A stretch of DNA of 64,000 nt from Mayamaea pseudoterrestris (Eukaryota), in the NCBI GenBank assembly GCA_027923505.1, contig BROI01000022.1:496001-560000 (forward strand), in the 5' to 3' direction. The notes under the pieces are model-generated. The model did not search any database and was not told where the DNA came from. It was given only the letters and a program-made list of their open reading frames with translations. Both the position numbers and the translations under genes were made by a program. Each line of letters begins with the position of its first letter. The first letter of the stretch is position 1. Positions 61,714-64,000 of the stretch are shown one piece after another.

Positions 61714-63801
61714 ATGAGAGTTTTGACGACCTTGTTTCTGATCCAATCCTTGTCATCATGTTGTCATGGATTCCTATCAAGTCCCGCCGCCTCATATCGT
61801 CGCAGCGCTGGTCCGTCGTTCCATGCTCAACCATTGGCACGTTTCACATTGCTTCCTTTAACGCCAGTGCTACCATCCACTAGCAGCAGCGCCCTATCGG
61901 CGTCATCATCCATACTCACGTCTGCTGCCACGGAAGCAGCTGCAACGTCTAGCGGCATCATGTCGGATCACTTGATGAATTTCTTTTTCGAGACGCTCAT
62001 TTCCTTGGCCGTCCCAGCCGTCGTTGGATTGATTGGACTGTTTGTGGCGGCAAAGATTCTGCGGCCCAGTCGCAACCGAAAGCGCAACGCCGACATGGAT
62101 AACGAAGATAGTGCTCTATCGTCACTCTACAGCGACTTGTACGGCGATCAGGAGCGTCAAAGCAGCAACAACAACGACAAGTCTCTATTAAAGCAACTCT
62201 TTGGTATGCAATCGCAGTCATCCAACAATCTACCAAAAAACGTTGGCGTTCCGGCGCTAGAGTACATTACCATTAAAAACGTCAACCTCAAGCTGCAATC
62301 CTACCAGTACAGTTTAACGGCGGCCACGCAGACCAAGGCCAAGGCGGCGAGCGACTATCGCAACGAAGCGCTGCGATTGGCGCTAAGCAAGAGTCTTGCT
62401 AGTGGCAAGTTGTCACTGACAAACCATTAACTGTTTCAACTTGCTCACGCGGAAAAGGAATTTTTGAAGAATGGCATGGAGCTAATCAAGCGTTTGAACC
62501 AGCAGCAGGCGGAACTGACGGAACTAACACTCGACGAGGAGCTTGACAATATGGGAATGGAGTCGGTCTACGAACTAGATCCAGCTAATGATAACGCCAC
62601 AGACACGAACAAGAGTAACAAGTTCAAGAGTCTCATGGAGCGCGTGTCGGGAGGCGGCGACACCAAAAAGCGACAAGCCGTCCTGCTGAAACAGGTTGCC
62701 GCGCTGCAGTTGCAACTCACCAAGCTGGAGCTTTCGTTTCGACAGGAACTCGTCAACGTTTGCGGTCCCACGCATGCGGCGAGTCTGCGCGCAACACTCG
62801 TCGGAAGCACCACGACGAGTCTGCTGACGGCCCTGCAGGATCGACCACTGTCGCAAGTGCTGTCTGCCGGCGGCGGTGCAGCCGAATCGAATCATGACGC
62901 TTCCAGTATATCATCCACGCATCGTCGTGCACCCAACTTGTTCGTCACATACTTTCCCGGCGACGCTTCCGCCAGCCAAGTCAAGGAGCTGCGCGAAGAA
63001 GTCACGGCCATTTGCCAGGCGGCGCAACCTGGCGACGAGGTTTTGGTGGTGCTGCAAACGGGCGGCGGCACGGTGACTGGCTACGGTTTGGCCGCGGGTC
63101 AGTTGCTCCGACTCAAGGAAAAGAAACTAAAACTAACCATTGCCGTGGAGCAAGTGGCGGCGAGTGGTGGATACATGATGTGCTGCGTGGCGGATCATAT
63201 TGTCGCCAGTCCGTTTGCAGTGTTGGGAAGTATTGGAGTCATTTCCGACATTCCCAACGTTTACGAGCGACTCAAGACGGAAGGAATCGAGTTTCAGACA
63301 GTCACGGCTGGCAAGTACAAGCGCACGCTGACTCCCACCAAAAAGGTGACCAAGGAAGATTATCAAAAGACGGCCAAGGATATTGAGAGCGTCTACGTGT
63401 TGTTTCGCGACTTTGTGGCCGAGAATCGTCCGCAACTCGACATTGAGAACGTTGCGACGGGCGAAACGTGGTTCGGCACGGCGGCGCTGGAGCGCAAATT
63501 GTGCGACGAGATCAAGGCGGTGGACGACGTCATTATGGAGTACATACAAAAGGGATTTCAGGTATTGGAAGTTGATTACACCCCGCCTGTTGAGACATTA
63601 TTTGGAACGATATCCCCGGCGCGAGCAGAACGAAGCTCTGGTGGATTCATTGCAAATAGTATCCGATGGCTAGTCAAGACGGTGGCAATGGAAGTCAAGG
63701 GCGAGTTTGGGAATGGATTTATGTCCTCGACGGAACAAAGTGTTGATAAAAGAGTCATGGCAAGTGATGACACTGCCGAGACAACTCGAATGGAGAGCTA
63801 A
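61714..63801 (+). CDS. sohB: Plastid-targeted S49 peptidase SohB-like, interrupted by an in-frame TAA at 62428-62430
   Basis: LQTGGGTVTGYGLAA, VAASGGYMM, AVLGSIGV, TAGKYKRTL and VATGETWFG. Presequence MRVLTTLFLIQSLSSCCHG|F. Both ORFs are in the same frame. Confidence 0.88.
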
Positions 63802-64000
63802 TAAATGTTGCTATAAAATAATGTTGAAAGCGTCAGCGCATGGGTAGCTATTCGTTGTATGAGTTTTTTTTACCAGGACATCGCCATGGAAATAACAGTA
63901 AAGTCTAAAGTCACTTTCCGTCGTGGCACGCGACTGTCGGCTGGTTTCTTCCACACATCAATTTTGTCTGTTCCTGTCATTTACTGCATTCGTTGCGATT

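Noticed and set aside
1..64000. Global reassignment of TAA to Glu or Gln
   Set aside because: TAA terminates ordinary genes here (TKL, NDUFA12, MCTS1, Sec3), and long Glu-rich ORFs (kinesin, Sec3) contain no internal TAA.
1..64000. tRNA, rRNA or CRISPR arrays
   Set aside because: None recognised by eye. tRNAscan-SE or Infernal would be needed to exclude small ncRNAs.

Overview
This is eukaryotic nuclear DNA, most likely from a diatom. The evidence is short GT-AG introns with CTCAC/CTAAC-like branch points, bipartite plastid presequences of the 'A-x-A|F' type and compact head-to-head genes; the species cannot be determined from the sequence. The left ~4.4 kb is the 5' part of a frameshifted Ty1/copia LTR retrotransposon on the minus strand. 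The rest is gene-dense: NOP15-like RRM protein, acyl-CoA thioesterase, bZIP factor, plastid transketolase, kinesin-4, GET4, PPR-Smr protein, cytochrome c1, CMC2-like protein, NDUFA12, a NASP-like TPR gene with internal stops, plastid EttA, cystatin, NAXD, MCTS1, mS37-like protein, Sec3, ubiquilin and SohB. Four observations stand out. (1) The plastid EttA gene appears to contain single-nucleotide 'G' micro-exons (AG|G|GT) right after the D-loop of both ABC cassettes. (2) A ~2,300-aa protein fuses an AIG1/TRAFAC-like GTPase, a SecA-like SF2 ATPase and a J-domain with HPD changed to DPD, a candidate innate-immunity-type NTPase. (3) The PPR-Smr protein has no organellar presequence. (4) A hairpin rather than a tRNA primer-binding site follows the copia LTR. 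Several in-frame TAA stops and homopolymer frameshifts may be assembly errors or pseudogenised alleles. Exon boundaries were derived by eye, and no database searches were run.
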